DNA from: Anaerolineales bacterium
Lineage (GTDB): Bacteria; Chloroflexota; Anaerolineae; Anaerolineales; DRKV01
Length of the DNA stretch: 64,000 bases
Assembly: GCA_034429745.1 (NCBI GenBank)
Contig: DAOUFY010000090.1
Location: 3,693-67,692, forward strand
Direction of reading: 5' to 3'
The notes under the pieces are model-generated. The model did not search any database, was not told where the DNA came from, and saw only the letters and a list, made by a program, of their open reading frames with translations. Both the position numbers and the translations under genes were made by a program. Positions 28,401 to 35,442 of this stretch are shown here, one piece after another; position 1 is the first letter of the stretch; every line of letters starts with the position of its first letter.

Positions 28401-28667
28401 TTGGCTGCCGATGATGTGGTTACGCTTGTTCGATACAACGAGTTTTTGCATGGAGAAAAACAATATTTGACTTTAATTGAAAGCATTCCAAAACTATTAG
28501 CGCTATCTCCATTGGAATGGCAGACGCGTGTACAATGGATTGACACGTTGATGAAATTGAACAAACTCGAGCAGGCTGCTGAAGAGTTAGAATTGTTATG
28601 GGAGGTATTTCCAAAATCACCGCTCTTGGTTGGGTTGAAAAAAGAGTTGGAAAAAGCAATGCAATGA
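22437..28667 (+). CDS. Giant 2076-aa multi-domain glycan-assembly protein: N-terminal GT-A-like domain, FkbM-type methyltransferase, GT2-TPR, triple acidic repeat, GT2-TPR, GT2-TPR
   Basis: The N-terminal domain has YCTYFDRNY...YLDADLYFY. The FkbM-like segment spans about nt 23610-24210 (VVLFEPVPEVYQQL...FPYAIGD...FLDVQGAEYQVL). GT2 #1 starts at about 24249 (VSVIVSAYKSE...IIIVDANSPENE). GT2 #2 starts at 26256 (VDIVIPIYGQ...LILVDDCSP). GT2 #3 starts at 27508 (VDIIIPIYGQ...VIMVDDCSP). TPR-like helical repeats follow each GT2 domain. Confidence 0.85.
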   Translation: MKKYYCTYFDRNYVYKALALIDSLRQHEEDDFEFFAICMDEISRLILEKLALPHVIPIPFHMIEERDDALLATKKDRTLVEYYWTTTPINILWLLENYPHIDVLTYLDADLYFYSSPAPIFEELGDQSILIHEHRFSPSMAYLAANNGRYNVGLLCFRNDEVGLKALRWWRERTIEWCYLRWEDGKMGDQMYLNDWQTRFERVVVLQHIGAGVAPWNHDQYHLKVDGQQNIWVNDVPLVFFHFHSLTFVSPGLVVVAHPHYPMNEEVLRYCYFPYIKKILSFIPCVQELIPDFNYGLYTQDMSLKDRTFFARSHLALKLKQAGCLISPFSIDDEWDVYLAPQEQQVLDKLPTDSIQKAQSQEDLMLWHPQRVVVTPNDLLLTLREREIRFSIRVLYVVGAFLFEERELLFELFPNLEKVVLFEPVPEVYQQLLIITKNDPRIVVFPYAIGDTDERRDFYITNNYQSSSILPLGKHRELFPQVEHTRTVTVECYRLDSVIQLHHLPLPDMLFLDVQGAEYQVLAALSSTLRQRIRLIYTEVSTEPLYQGSKPLAEVTELLRSDFLFLGYAPTRQELPVHGNAVYVNHRCLEEVKSKPLAMGGEANYRVSVIVSAYKSEAFMRECLTDLVNQTIANQSEIIIVDANSPENERAIVEEFQRQYKQITYIRTGERIGVYAAWNLAIKIAKGKYITPFSTNDRLRKDAHEILAKALDENPQVMLVYGDTYMTAIPHETFEKHTRISSMIWPPYSYEDLLMNNRVGPHPMWRKSVHQEVGYFDETFYAIGDQEFWLRIGEHFPLLHIPVFTGLYWTTPEALSNREEYAKSEFIKARQPYQARYRSERLDRWRSAEEKLSQAAAAIERNHLLRAEELLKEAASIAPDNSNVLSAVGRWYLAIQKPDEAISWLNKAIQYGPARWNDHLHLIEALIAVGNLQEAAKEVSWLRTYIPIFDEVKKFEHLLLSMGVEVMPDREMPYGKLESQSEKEELQERAKQTLQRLLEAEDILQALDEHEELLDEELLALVRRDAETARLSGEGDLAEGLEALAETIEERLKAKPQVEVQTQPNQGQMQPKQREQAAETLRRLLDAEDILQALDEHEELLDEELLALVRRDAETARLSGEDDLAEGLEALAETIEERLKEKLQVKVQTRAERKEPAAETLRRLLEAEDILQALDEYEELLDEELLALVRRDAEAARQAGEDDLAEGLEALAETIEERLKNKIPSQSVYNKSSSTGQNSQIKHQQRQAGEYIPAQNGIPAGYVKQRAVIKDALVDIVIPIYGQGELLRLCVESVLATTKDVHLILVDDCSPLGAIEAIFNLWEGHPQITLARTEENQGFIGTTCLGATLGKAPYILFLNSDTEAIQKGWLEALLPQEDDIAISGAKLLYPPYTSPYKAFRIQHAGVARKDDLMPYHIFHGLERDHPSANVARDVNAVTGACFLVRRSIWEKLHGWDRNFGRGVYEDVDFCWQVRELGYRVRYEPKAELFHASSASEFIFNEHLLYNKKEENLNYLQSKWKYLERDEELFWEKEVIERWKKGRKALKRGEVFKARGEYKEAFKEIRNAYRIAADDPQIAFAYGTLLLIREKFLEAVEIFEKVKESLPLSSETHFSLLAAYLGTKNLSKAEEEYLLVAELFPYHPQIEEIKEKIEELKKSAGYSSEKGSIVGGHTKEAVGIVLKQAKPGSYKVDIIIPIYGQVKLTYDCLISVLETTQDVHVIMVDDCSPGKEIEDLFARIDTPNVTLARTIKNMGFLGTSKFGASLGKSPFILHLNSDIVAIQSGWLEHLLPKSEDVAVCGAKLLYPPKSPRLLANRIQHAGVCMRDEVDCLRIFHPYQGYEADFPAANVPRYVNAVTGGCLLTRRTVWEELGGWDEHLGRGVFEDVDYCWRVRKRGYRIAYVPQAVLYHYESQSVSENGEHSLHKYSTQNLNYLLSRYGREQCDEELYFESELIKRWMKGRHLAADARKAFLKGDSKTAHSLFTQALKLAADDVVTLVRYNEFLHGEKQYLTLIESIPKLLALSPLEWQTRVQWIDTLMKLNKLEQAAEELELLWEVFPKSPLLVGLKKELEKAMQ
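25410..26096 (+). repeat. Three near-identical in-frame tandem repeats (about 189-nt core; unit starts about 25410, 25668, 25908) inside the giant CDS
   Basis: The core peptide (A)ETLRRLLEAEDILQALDEHEELLDEELLALVRRDAETARLSGEDDLAEGLEALAETIEERLK occurs three times with only a few substitutions. Long stretches of the DNA are identical. The linkers are 70 and 51 nt. Confidence 0.95.
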
Positions 28668-28689
28668 AATTTTTGGATCAATTAGTATT

Positions 28690-29847
28690 ATGCCAACTCC
28701 TACGCTTTCTTTGTGCATGATTGTTAAGAATGAAGAGGCAAATCTCAAGCGCTGTCTTGATTCAGTGATTGGGGTAGTGGATGAATTGATCATCGTTGAC
28801 ACTGGCTCTACTGACCGCACGCCGGAAATTGCTCGGGCTTATCAAGCCAAGCTTTATCATCACGAATGGAATAATGATTTTTCTGAAGCGCGCAACGTAA
28901 GCTTAGAAAAAGCAACAGGCGAGTGGATTTTAGTGTTGGATGGAGATGAAATGCTAACTCCCGAATCACGTCAGCATCTCAAACCAATTTTGGCAACTAC
29001 AGCGGCGGAGGGAGTATTGTTTACGGTGCGCAACTTTAACCCGCCGGATGCTTTGGCAGAATATAACGATTCTCCGCAAATTCGCGCCTTCCGGAATCGT
29101 CCGCAGTATCGTTATCAGCAAAGAGTACATAATCAGATTGGAATAGCTATTGCAGCCCATGGGGGGGTAATAGCAAATCATATACAGGAGCTGATGATCT
29201 GGCACTATGGGTATTTGCAACGCACCGTTCAAGGCAATCAGGATCGGCTTGAGCGTAGTCTGCGGATGCTCGAAGCCGCTGTGAACGAGGATCCGCAGAA
29301 TATTTACTTAAATGCCAAACTAGCTGTAATTTATTTCCACTTAGGAGAGCATTCGCTGGCATATACCTATGCCTATCGAGTGCTGACTGAGATGGACCAC
29401 AGTCAACTAACGATTGAAAATCTACGCGATATTCTGCGGATTGTTTCCAATATTTCTATTCAACGCGGTCATTATGATTTAGCTGTCCAGACTGCTCAAG
29501 CTTGTTTGGATCTATCTCGAGATGATACTGATGCGCTGCTCTCGGCGCTGGATTTGTTGGGAGTGGCTTATGGGGCACAGGCAGAGCTTTTTATAAAACG
29601 CGCCGTTGCCATGGAGCATCAATTGGTAAAGATGGAAGAGGCGCACGCCAAAGCAGCCCTCAACGAGCAGCGAATGGAGTGGCTAACGCAAGGAAAAGCA
29701 GCAGCCACTCATTCCGAAAATGCTTTTGAAACTTTGCTTGCGCACCCTCAACTGCGCATCTCTCATAAAGAACGGGTGCAACATTTTCTAGATCAATCGC
29801 GTACTCTTCTTCACTATATAGAGACGCGGATGGCTTGGCAGCCGTGA
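28690..29847 (+). CDS. GT2-family glycosyltransferase with C-terminal TPR-like domain
   Basis: LSLCMIVKNEEANLKRCLDSV...IIVDTGSTDRT...ARN...VLDGDE is the classic GT2 (SpsA-like) N-terminus. The helical repeat region follows (YLNAKLAVIYFHLGEHSLAYTYAYRVL). Confidence 0.8.
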   Translation: MPTPTLSLCMIVKNEEANLKRCLDSVIGVVDELIIVDTGSTDRTPEIARAYQAKLYHHEWNNDFSEARNVSLEKATGEWILVLDGDEMLTPESRQHLKPILATTAAEGVLFTVRNFNPPDALAEYNDSPQIRAFRNRPQYRYQQRVHNQIGIAIAAHGGVIANHIQELMIWHYGYLQRTVQGNQDRLERSLRMLEAAVNEDPQNIYLNAKLAVIYFHLGEHSLAYTYAYRVLTEMDHSQLTIENLRDILRIVSNISIQRGHYDLAVQTAQACLDLSRDDTDALLSALDLLGVAYGAQAELFIKRAVAMEHQLVKMEEAHAKAALNEQRMEWLTQGKAAATHSENAFETLLAHPQLRISHKERVQHFLDQSRTLLHYIETRMAWQP

Positions 29848-29857
29848 GCGGTAAATG

Positions 29858-29971
29858 TGCTCTGACGAAACAGCTGTTGCCCAAAAAGTGAACCGCAGGT
29901 TCGTAGGTATTGATATATCGCCAGAGTATTGTAACATAGCAAAACAACGACTTGCTGGCAGGTTATTCTAG
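29858..29971 (+). pseudogene. C-terminal remnant of an N4/N6 DNA methyltransferase
   Basis: The translation CSDETAVAQKVNRRFVGIDISPEYCNIAKQRLAGRLF* mirrors the conserved C-terminus GSGTTAVAA.KL.R.FIGIE....Y..IA..R of DNA methylases. It has no start codon and no upstream catalytic domain. Confidence 0.55.
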
Positions 29972-30133
29972 GATGTAGATATGCCTATCTAATTATCAGA
30001 TATTCAGAAAGCTTATAACTTATTGGTCAGTGAAATTGATGAAAAAGCGCATGAAAGTAAAGAAAGCAGGGTTGCAAAAAGCGGTTGAGATGTTTAAGTA
30101 TTTATTAGTAGAATTTGTGTAAGGCAGACAAAC

Positions 30134-30565
30134 ATGAAACAGGTTGATGAACTTGAAAGGTTTCTGCAGGCACAGGAGGGGGTGTTCGAGGAGGCGCTGC
30201 AAGAAATTAAACAAGGCAGGAAACGTACTCATTGGATGTGGTTTATTTTTCCGCAGGTTGAGGGCTTGGGCAGTAGTGCAACTGCTCATTATTATGCTAT
30301 CAAAAGCAAGGAGGAAGCTCGTCAATACCTTTCACACCCAGTCTTAGGAAAGCGGTTAAGGGAGTGTGCACAAGCGCTGCTTGATCTCCCTGACCATACT
30401 ACTGCGGTAGGGGTTTTTGGGTTTCCAGATGTGCTAAAACTCAGATCCTCCATGACGTTGTTTGCAGAGGTGTCGGAAGAAAAGGATAATGTATTTGCTC
30501 AGGTGTTGGAGCGGTTTTACCACGGTGAAAAGGATGAGAAAACTATAGCTTTTTTGAATCAATAA
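30134..30565 (+). CDS. DUF1810-family protein
   Basis: FL.AQ....EALQEIKQGRKRTHWMWFIFPQ..GLG.S..A..YAI....EA..YL.HP.LG.RL is the characteristic DUF1810 core. Confidence 0.75.
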   Translation: MKQVDELERFLQAQEGVFEEALQEIKQGRKRTHWMWFIFPQVEGLGSSATAHYYAIKSKEEARQYLSHPVLGKRLRECAQALLDLPDHTTAVGVFGFPDVLKLRSSMTLFAEVSEEKDNVFAQVLERFYHGEKDEKTIAFLNQ

Positions 30566-30668
30566 ATCAAAATAAAACGAGTTGGCGTGGTTGGACAACC
30601 GACTTCGGTTGGTGGATGCTATTTCTTTTTTCTCATACAGGTGCGGGTTATTGGAGCAGAGCTGATTG

Positions 30669-30677
30669 TGTTATAAT
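30669..30677 (+). promoter_or_regulatory. Extended -10 promoter element (TGTTATAAT) upstream of the amidotransferase gene
   Basis: There is an exact TGnTATAAT match 57 nt upstream of the ATG at 30734. Confidence 0.4.
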
Positions 30678-30733
30678 ACTTACTTATTGGTTTTAGGAAG
30701 ATTTAGTACTAAGGATGCTTACAGAGGAAAATT

Positions 30734-31468
30734 ATGGTAGTCATTGGTGTATCATCACAAGCCTTGAAGGATGCTTTGCCGCAAAAACAACCCATGTATG
30801 GGGCATGGAAGGATGATGTTCAGGCGGTGCTGCAAACGGGCGCGCTGCCTCTAATCATTCCATCAATACTTCAGTCAAAAGAACAAGCAGAAGAGATCCT
30901 TTCTCGCGTGGATGGGCTTTTGCTTACTGGCGGCGGGGATGTAGATGGCAAGTTTTATGGACAGCCTAACCATCCATTGCAGCGTAATGTAAATGAAGCC
31001 CGCGATCAGGATGAATTTTTATTAATTCAAACTGCCTTGGAACAGCAAAAACCAATCTTGGCTATCTGCCGCGGTATTCAGGTGCTTAACGTAGCGCTTG
31101 GGGGCACGCTGATTATAGATATACCAACTGAGGTGCCCAACTCACTGCAGCATCGCCCATCCGAAAGTGGCCATGAGAACGCGATTTCTCATGTCGTGAA
31201 TCTTCAAGCAGGTACAAAGCTATTCGATATTTTTTTCAGAACCGAAAAACTGCAAGTGAATAGCTTCCATCATCAAGCGGTTAAGACGTTAGGCAAAGGG
31301 CTGCGGATTAATGCTATTGCTGACGATGGAATTATTGAGGGAGTGGAGTTAGAGGGGCACCGCTTTTGCATTGGCGTTCAATGGCACCCTGAAGTGAAAG
31401 CCGGTAATCGGGAAGCGATGATACCCCTCTTTCAATCTTTTGTTGAAGCGGCAGCTAGGGTTTACTAG
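30734..31468 (+). CDS. Class I glutamine amidotransferase / gamma-glutamyl-GABA hydrolase-like (peptidase C26, PuuD family)
   Basis: It has the nucleophile elbow AICRGIQVLNVALGG and a catalytic His segment (GVQWHPE). Confidence 0.8.
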   Translation: MVVIGVSSQALKDALPQKQPMYGAWKDDVQAVLQTGALPLIIPSILQSKEQAEEILSRVDGLLLTGGGDVDGKFYGQPNHPLQRNVNEARDQDEFLLIQTALEQQKPILAICRGIQVLNVALGGTLIIDIPTEVPNSLQHRPSESGHENAISHVVNLQAGTKLFDIFFRTEKLQVNSFHHQAVKTLGKGLRINAIADDGIIEGVELEGHRFCIGVQWHPEVKAGNREAMIPLFQSFVEAAARVY

Positions 31469-32456
31469 CTGCCTCAAGAAGCTGTGTAGTAAATGCTTTG
31501 GTTACATCAACCGCCGGCATGGCATCATATTCCTGAAGCATGTTGGCTAAAGCTTCCCATTGTTCTTTAGTTTGCCAACCGATCCCATGCGATTGGGTGA
31601 TTTCATTTTGTGCATCGGCTAATTCAGTTTCCAACATATAGCGTTGATGGTCTGGGTCTGCTTCAGGGCCGGCGTATTTCATTGTAATCTCAATGGCTTC
31701 TTGGGGGTGTTCGCGAGCATAGGAGATTCCTTTTAAGGCTGCTCTTAAAAATTTGGTAAGCATTTGCGGCTGTTTGGAAAGAATTTCTTCGCTGGTTACA
31801 TAGCATAAGCCCAAACTGGGTACACCAAATTGTTCTGCTTCCCAGAGATTGAGATCAAATCCCCATTTTTTTAATAGAAATGGTTCGTTGGATTTGAAAA
31901 TGGATAGCACATCCACCTTTTTTTCTGTGAGCACGCGCACATCAAAGCCGGCATTGACGAGCTGCATTTTGTTAATATCTGCCTGAACGGCTTTGGCAAT
32001 GGCAAATAGATCAGGGGGAGGGGTACCCCGATAACCGATGATCTTGCCTTCCCAATCTTTAGGGGTTTGGATGCCGCTGTCTTTTAGAGCAGCAAATGCT
32101 TGCTGACCGCGCTGCCCAATCAATGCGATGGAGACCAATGGCAAGCCGGGATCTGCTCGGCGCTTTAGCAATACAGCTGCGTCTTGGGTGGTTACTTGAA
32201 TTTTCCCGGTTGCAAGAAGTTGCAAGTGTTCACCTTTACCCGGGGAATGCTGGATGGTTACGTCTAAGCCCTCAGCGTCAAAATAACCTTTTTCTTTCGC
32301 TACATAAACACCTACAAAGGGCAAATTTGCTTGTGGTTTATAGCCGGCCATGAATGTCATAGGTAGTTTATAAGAGGGAACTGATGCTTGAGGGCTGCAA
32401 GCAGATAGAATGAAAAAACAAACTGATAGAAGAAACAACCCGAAAATTTTTCTCAT
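31455..32456 (-). CDS. ABC transporter substrate-binding lipoprotein, NMT1/THI5-like (nitrate/sulfonate/bicarbonate family)
   Basis: It has a signal peptide with a lipobox (FILSAC). The body resembles SsuA/THI5-type binding proteins, and the gene is adjacent to the cognate permease and ATPase. Confidence 0.7.
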   Translation of the reverse strand: MRKIFGLFLLSVCFFILSACSPQASVPSYKLPMTFMAGYKPQANLPFVGVYVAKEKGYFDAEGLDVTIQHSPGKGEHLQLLATGKIQVTTQDAAVLLKRRADPGLPLVSIALIGQRGQQAFAALKDSGIQTPKDWEGKIIGYRGTPPPDLFAIAKAVQADINKMQLVNAGFDVRVLTEKKVDVLSIFKSNEPFLLKKWGFDLNLWEAEQFGVPSLGLCYVTSEEILSKQPQMLTKFLRAALKGISYAREHPQEAIEITMKYAGPEADPDHQRYMLETELADAQNEITQSHGIGWQTKEQWEALANMLQEYDAMPAVDVTKAFTTQLLEAASKP

Positions 32457-32524
32457 AGAATAATTGGTCCTTTCTTTTCCTTAATCAATGAATTGTGTGC
32501 ACGTAATGATATATTAGGGTGATA

Positions 32525-33319
32525 TTAGTTTTCATTCATCCAAAACACCACTTTCTTTTCGAGCCAATTTAAGAGAAGGTAGATGAAAATGCCCATAAAA
32601 GCAAGAATGAAGATGACAGCAAATAAATAAGGCAGATTGAGATTGCTGTAAGCAAGCCACATGATGCGCCCTAATCCGCCGGAGGCGCCGGTCCATTCTG
32701 CGACAACTGCACCGATTAAGGCTAAAGGGGTGCTGACTTTAAATGCGGCAAAGAGATAGGGTAAAGCATTAGGCAGACGTGCATGATAAAATATCTCCCA
32801 TTGATTAGCATGCCAAGAGCGAAGTGTTTTTAAAATCTCGTCGTCCAAAGCATGGAAGCCACTGACAGCATTGATCAGCACTGGAAAGAACGCCAATAGA
32901 GCAGTAATGATAATTTTTGGCAGCATACCAAACCCAAGCCAAATTGTGAGCAGCGGTGCGATGGCAACCATTGGAGTGGACTTTATTAAAAGTGCGATAG
33001 TCATAACGCCTTCTTCAAAGCGCGGCAGGAAGTGAATCAGCAGAGCAATAGAAATCCCCAGCATAGTTCCGAGCAGCAAACCAACAGCAGCTTCAGTGAA
33101 AGTTAGGAGGCTTGCTTCAACGTAGAGGTTGATATTGGCAAAAAAGGTGTTGAGAATTAACGATGGGGCTGGCAGAATATAGGTTGGTAAATGATAGATA
33201 ATACACATCCATTCCCAAACCAACATAAGGACAACAATAACAGCCAAGGCAAGAAGCAACCGTATTGGTAGAGCCCGGCATTGATCTTCGGCAAGGTAAA
33301 TTTCAAGTTTTAAATTCAT
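32525..33319 (-). CDS. ABC transporter permease (SsuC/TauC-type, binding-protein-dependent inner membrane component)
   Basis: It is a multi-TM protein with an EAA-like loop (KTLRSWHANQWEIFYHARLPNALPY). The Met at 33319 lies just after the ATPase stop at 33327, and the longer ORF to 33451 overlaps that gene. Confidence 0.75.
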   Translation of the reverse strand: MNLKLEIYLAEDQCRALPIRLLLALAVIVVLMLVWEWMCIIYHLPTYILPAPSLILNTFFANINLYVEASLLTFTEAAVGLLLGTMLGISIALLIHFLPRFEEGVMTIALLIKSTPMVAIAPLLTIWLGFGMLPKIIITALLAFFPVLINAVSGFHALDDEILKTLRSWHANQWEIFYHARLPNALPYLFAAFKVSTPLALIGAVVAEWTGASGGLGRIMWLAYSNLNLPYLFAVIFILAFMGIFIYLLLNWLEKKVVFWMNEN

Positions 33320-33326
33320 TGGGAAA

Positions 33327-34070
33327 TTATCCTTTAAGCTGCAAAGCCTTGCGAATGGTTGGGGCAATTTTTGCATAAAACATTTCATCACGCGGTTCGT
33401 CGGGAAGTGTAAATTCAGCTTGAATAGCAGCTGGTCTCTGACTAAGGACAATAACCCGCTGGGCTAACTTTATAGCTTCAGCAATATTGTGAGTTACCCA
33501 AATCACGGTAGGCCGAAATCGGTGAATAAGCGCCAACGTTTGCTCTTGGAGTTCCTCGCGGGTGATTTCGTCCAACGCTGCGAAAGGTTCATCCATCAGC
33601 CATAATAGCGCATTGAGAGAGAGCGTGCGGGCTAAAGCTGCTCGCTGCTGCATGCCTCCCGAAAGAGTAAATGGAAAAGCATCCGCAAAGTCCTGCAAGC
33701 CCACAAGAGAAATCAGTTCTGTTACCGGAAGAAGTGTTCTGCCGTTTTGAGGATTCACTTTCTGAGCAAGGGCAACATTCTGGAAAACAGTTTTCCAGGG
33801 CAATAGGGCAGGTTTTTGTGCCATCCAGGCAACCTGTTTACGCGTTTGAGAGACGAGAGGGGGTTCATTATCTAGGAGGATTTCACCTTGACAAGGAGAG
33901 ATTAAGCCGGCAAGAAGCTGCAGAAGAGTTGATTTGCCACAGCCGCTAGGACCCAGAAGTACAACGAATTCACCTGAATCTACCTTGAGTGAAAAATTTT
34001 TAAAGACCCACAAAGGTTCTTTATTACGGTGATAAAAACAGTGAGACAGATCGTGAATGGTTACCTTCAT
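33327..34070 (-). CDS. ABC transporter ATP-binding protein (SsuB/TauB-type)
   Basis: It has Walker A (GPSGCGKST), the signature LSGGMQQR and Walker B (LLWLMDEPF). The likely start is MKVTIHDL at 34070, and the ORF track extends to 34178. Confidence 0.8.
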   Translation of the reverse strand: MKVTIHDLSHCFYHRNKEPLWVFKNFSLKVDSGEFVVLLGPSGCGKSTLLQLLAGLISPCQGEILLDNEPPLVSQTRKQVAWMAQKPALLPWKTVFQNVALAQKVNPQNGRTLLPVTELISLVGLQDFADAFPFTLSGGMQQRAALARTLSLNALLWLMDEPFAALDEITREELQEQTLALIHRFRPTVIWVTHNIAEAIKLAQRVIVLSQRPAAIQAEFTLPDEPRDEMFYAKIAPTIRKALQLKG

Positions 34071-34270
34071 AGTGTGTATAAAGAAGAGTATAATATTTCC
34101 TTCGATTGTCAGAAAAACGATGGGCGTGTATGCAATGATTGGCGTTTTAACAAGTTTTCGTTTTATTTTATCATACACGGGGATGAATTACAGAACACTG
34201 AAAAAATGAGATAAGTGGTCATGGATCATTTATTTACACAAATTTTACGCATAATTTACATAAGAAAGCC

Positions 34271-34297
34271 TAAAGCCTGCATAAGGAAATCCGATAA
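34271..34297 (+). promoter_or_regulatory. Sigma-28 (FliA)-type promoter of flagellin gene 1
   Basis: TAAA (34271-34274), a 15-nt spacer, then TCCGATAA (34290-34297). The consensus is TAAA-N15-GCCGATAA. Confidence 0.75.
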
Positions 34298-34355
34298 GAG
34301 GAGTGTAATCAAGTTTGCAGGTTTGGTGTTTTTGCAAACGAATAAAAAAATCAAT

Positions 34356-34390
34356 GGGGAAGGAAAACCCCACAAAGTTAAACAAGGAGG
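34356..34390 (+). promoter_or_regulatory. Flagellin 1 leader: GGGG-AAGGAAAA-CCCC hairpin presenting GGA, plus a GGA-containing SD (candidate CsrA sites)
   Basis: The hairpin is at 34356-34371 with GGA in the loop. The SD AAGGAGG is at 34384-34390, 6 nt before the ATG. The same architecture occurs upstream of flagellin 2. Confidence 0.5.
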
Positions 34391-34396
34391 TTTAAA

Positions 34397-35299
34397 ATGG
34401 CAAGTGTAGATGTAACTCGTGTAGCGGGAAATATTGGTGCTCTCAATGCGTTGAACTCATTGAACTATGTGAATGGTGAGCTGGCATTGCACCAAACTCG
34501 ACTGGCGACGGGCAAGCGCATTAACTATGCGTATGAGGACCCGGCGGGATTGAACTTAGCGACGACCTTTGATGTACGTCGGCAAGGGCTGCAGGTAGCG
34601 TTGAATAGCATTGGAGACTCAAAGAACATGCTAGCGACAGCAGAAGGTGGGTTGCGCAAGATTCAAGACATATTGGTGAAGATGAAGAACAAGGCAATGG
34701 AAGCCATTGGCGACACCATCGGTCAAAGCGAGCGCGATGCTATTGTGGCTCAGCTTAAGGACTATGCCAATGAAATTAACAACATTGCTGGTCAAACTCA
34801 ATGGAATGGGCGCCACCTTATCAGTGGGTCGGGCACGAGCGGAGCCGGCGATGGAACAACAACCGAGGCTTTATCCTTCTTGGTGGACTCGTCTGGAGGC
34901 AGTGTTGGGTTTAGCTTCACTAGCAATCGCGGTTTCGTAGTCGTTGGTTCATCTGGTACAAGTGCAGAGGGTTTAGGCTTCAAGACTTCAGATTTATCAG
35001 CAGCAAGCGCTGGTGGAACTTCAGCAAAAGCAGTAGCTGATCAAATTGACTCGGCGCTCAATCGTGTCAAGCAAGGTGTTCGCGAAGTTGGTTCCTTCAT
35101 GGCAAGACTGACCTTCAAAGAGGATTCTTTAACGGTTCAATATACCAACACAGAAGCAGCCTACAACCGTATTATGAATGCCAACATGGCAGAAGAACAA
35201 GTGAACGCCAGCAAGTACGCTATCCTGCAGCAAACGGCTACTGCAATGCTCTCGCAAGCAAATGTGGCACCGCAGTTTATCCTCTCGCTGTTTAGATAA
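34397..35299 (+). CDS. fliC: Flagellin (short, 300 aa)
   Basis: The N-terminal domain is LATGKRINYAYEDPAGLNLATTF and the C-terminal domain is NRIMNANMAEEQVNASKYAILQQTATAMLSQANVAPQFILSLFR. The central region is short and Ser/Thr/Gly-rich. Confidence 0.9.
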   Translation: MASVDVTRVAGNIGALNALNSLNYVNGELALHQTRLATGKRINYAYEDPAGLNLATTFDVRRQGLQVALNSIGDSKNMLATAEGGLRKIQDILVKMKNKAMEAIGDTIGQSERDAIVAQLKDYANEINNIAGQTQWNGRHLISGSGTSGAGDGTTTEALSFLVDSSGGSVGFSFTSNRGFVVVGSSGTSAEGLGFKTSDLSAASAGGTSAKAVADQIDSALNRVKQGVREVGSFMARLTFKEDSLTVQYTNTEAAYNRIMNANMAEEQVNASKYAILQQTATAMLSQANVAPQFILSLFR

Positions 35300-35324
35300 G
35301 TCTTATCCAAGTTGTAGTTCAGCA

Positions 35325-35358
35325 TATAGGCGCAATTTTCTTTTGCGCCTATATTTTT
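35325..35358 (+). terminator. Rho-independent terminator after flagellin 1
   Basis: The stem TATAGGCGC (35325-35333) pairs with GCGCCTATA (35345-35353) and is followed by TTTTT. Confidence 0.75.
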
Positions 35359-35442
35359 ACTTAAAAAACCATAAAAAAATGATGAATTTGCCGAAGAGTG
35401 CTTAATGTTTCCGTAAAGTTTCGTTATAATAATAAAAGAGTT

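Noticed and set aside
30594-30631. A terminator after the DUF1810 gene (CAACCG-ACTT-CGGTTG hairpin).
   Set aside because: The stem is only 6 bp and the T-run starts about 10 nt downstream. This is too weak to report as a feature.
34071-34260. A possible TPP (THI-box) riboswitch upstream of the NMT1/THI5-type ABC operon (minus strand).
   Set aside because: I looked for the CUGAGA and ACCUGAUCUGGAUAAUGCCAGCG-type elements on the minus strand and found none. The region looks like a plain AT-rich divergent promoter region.
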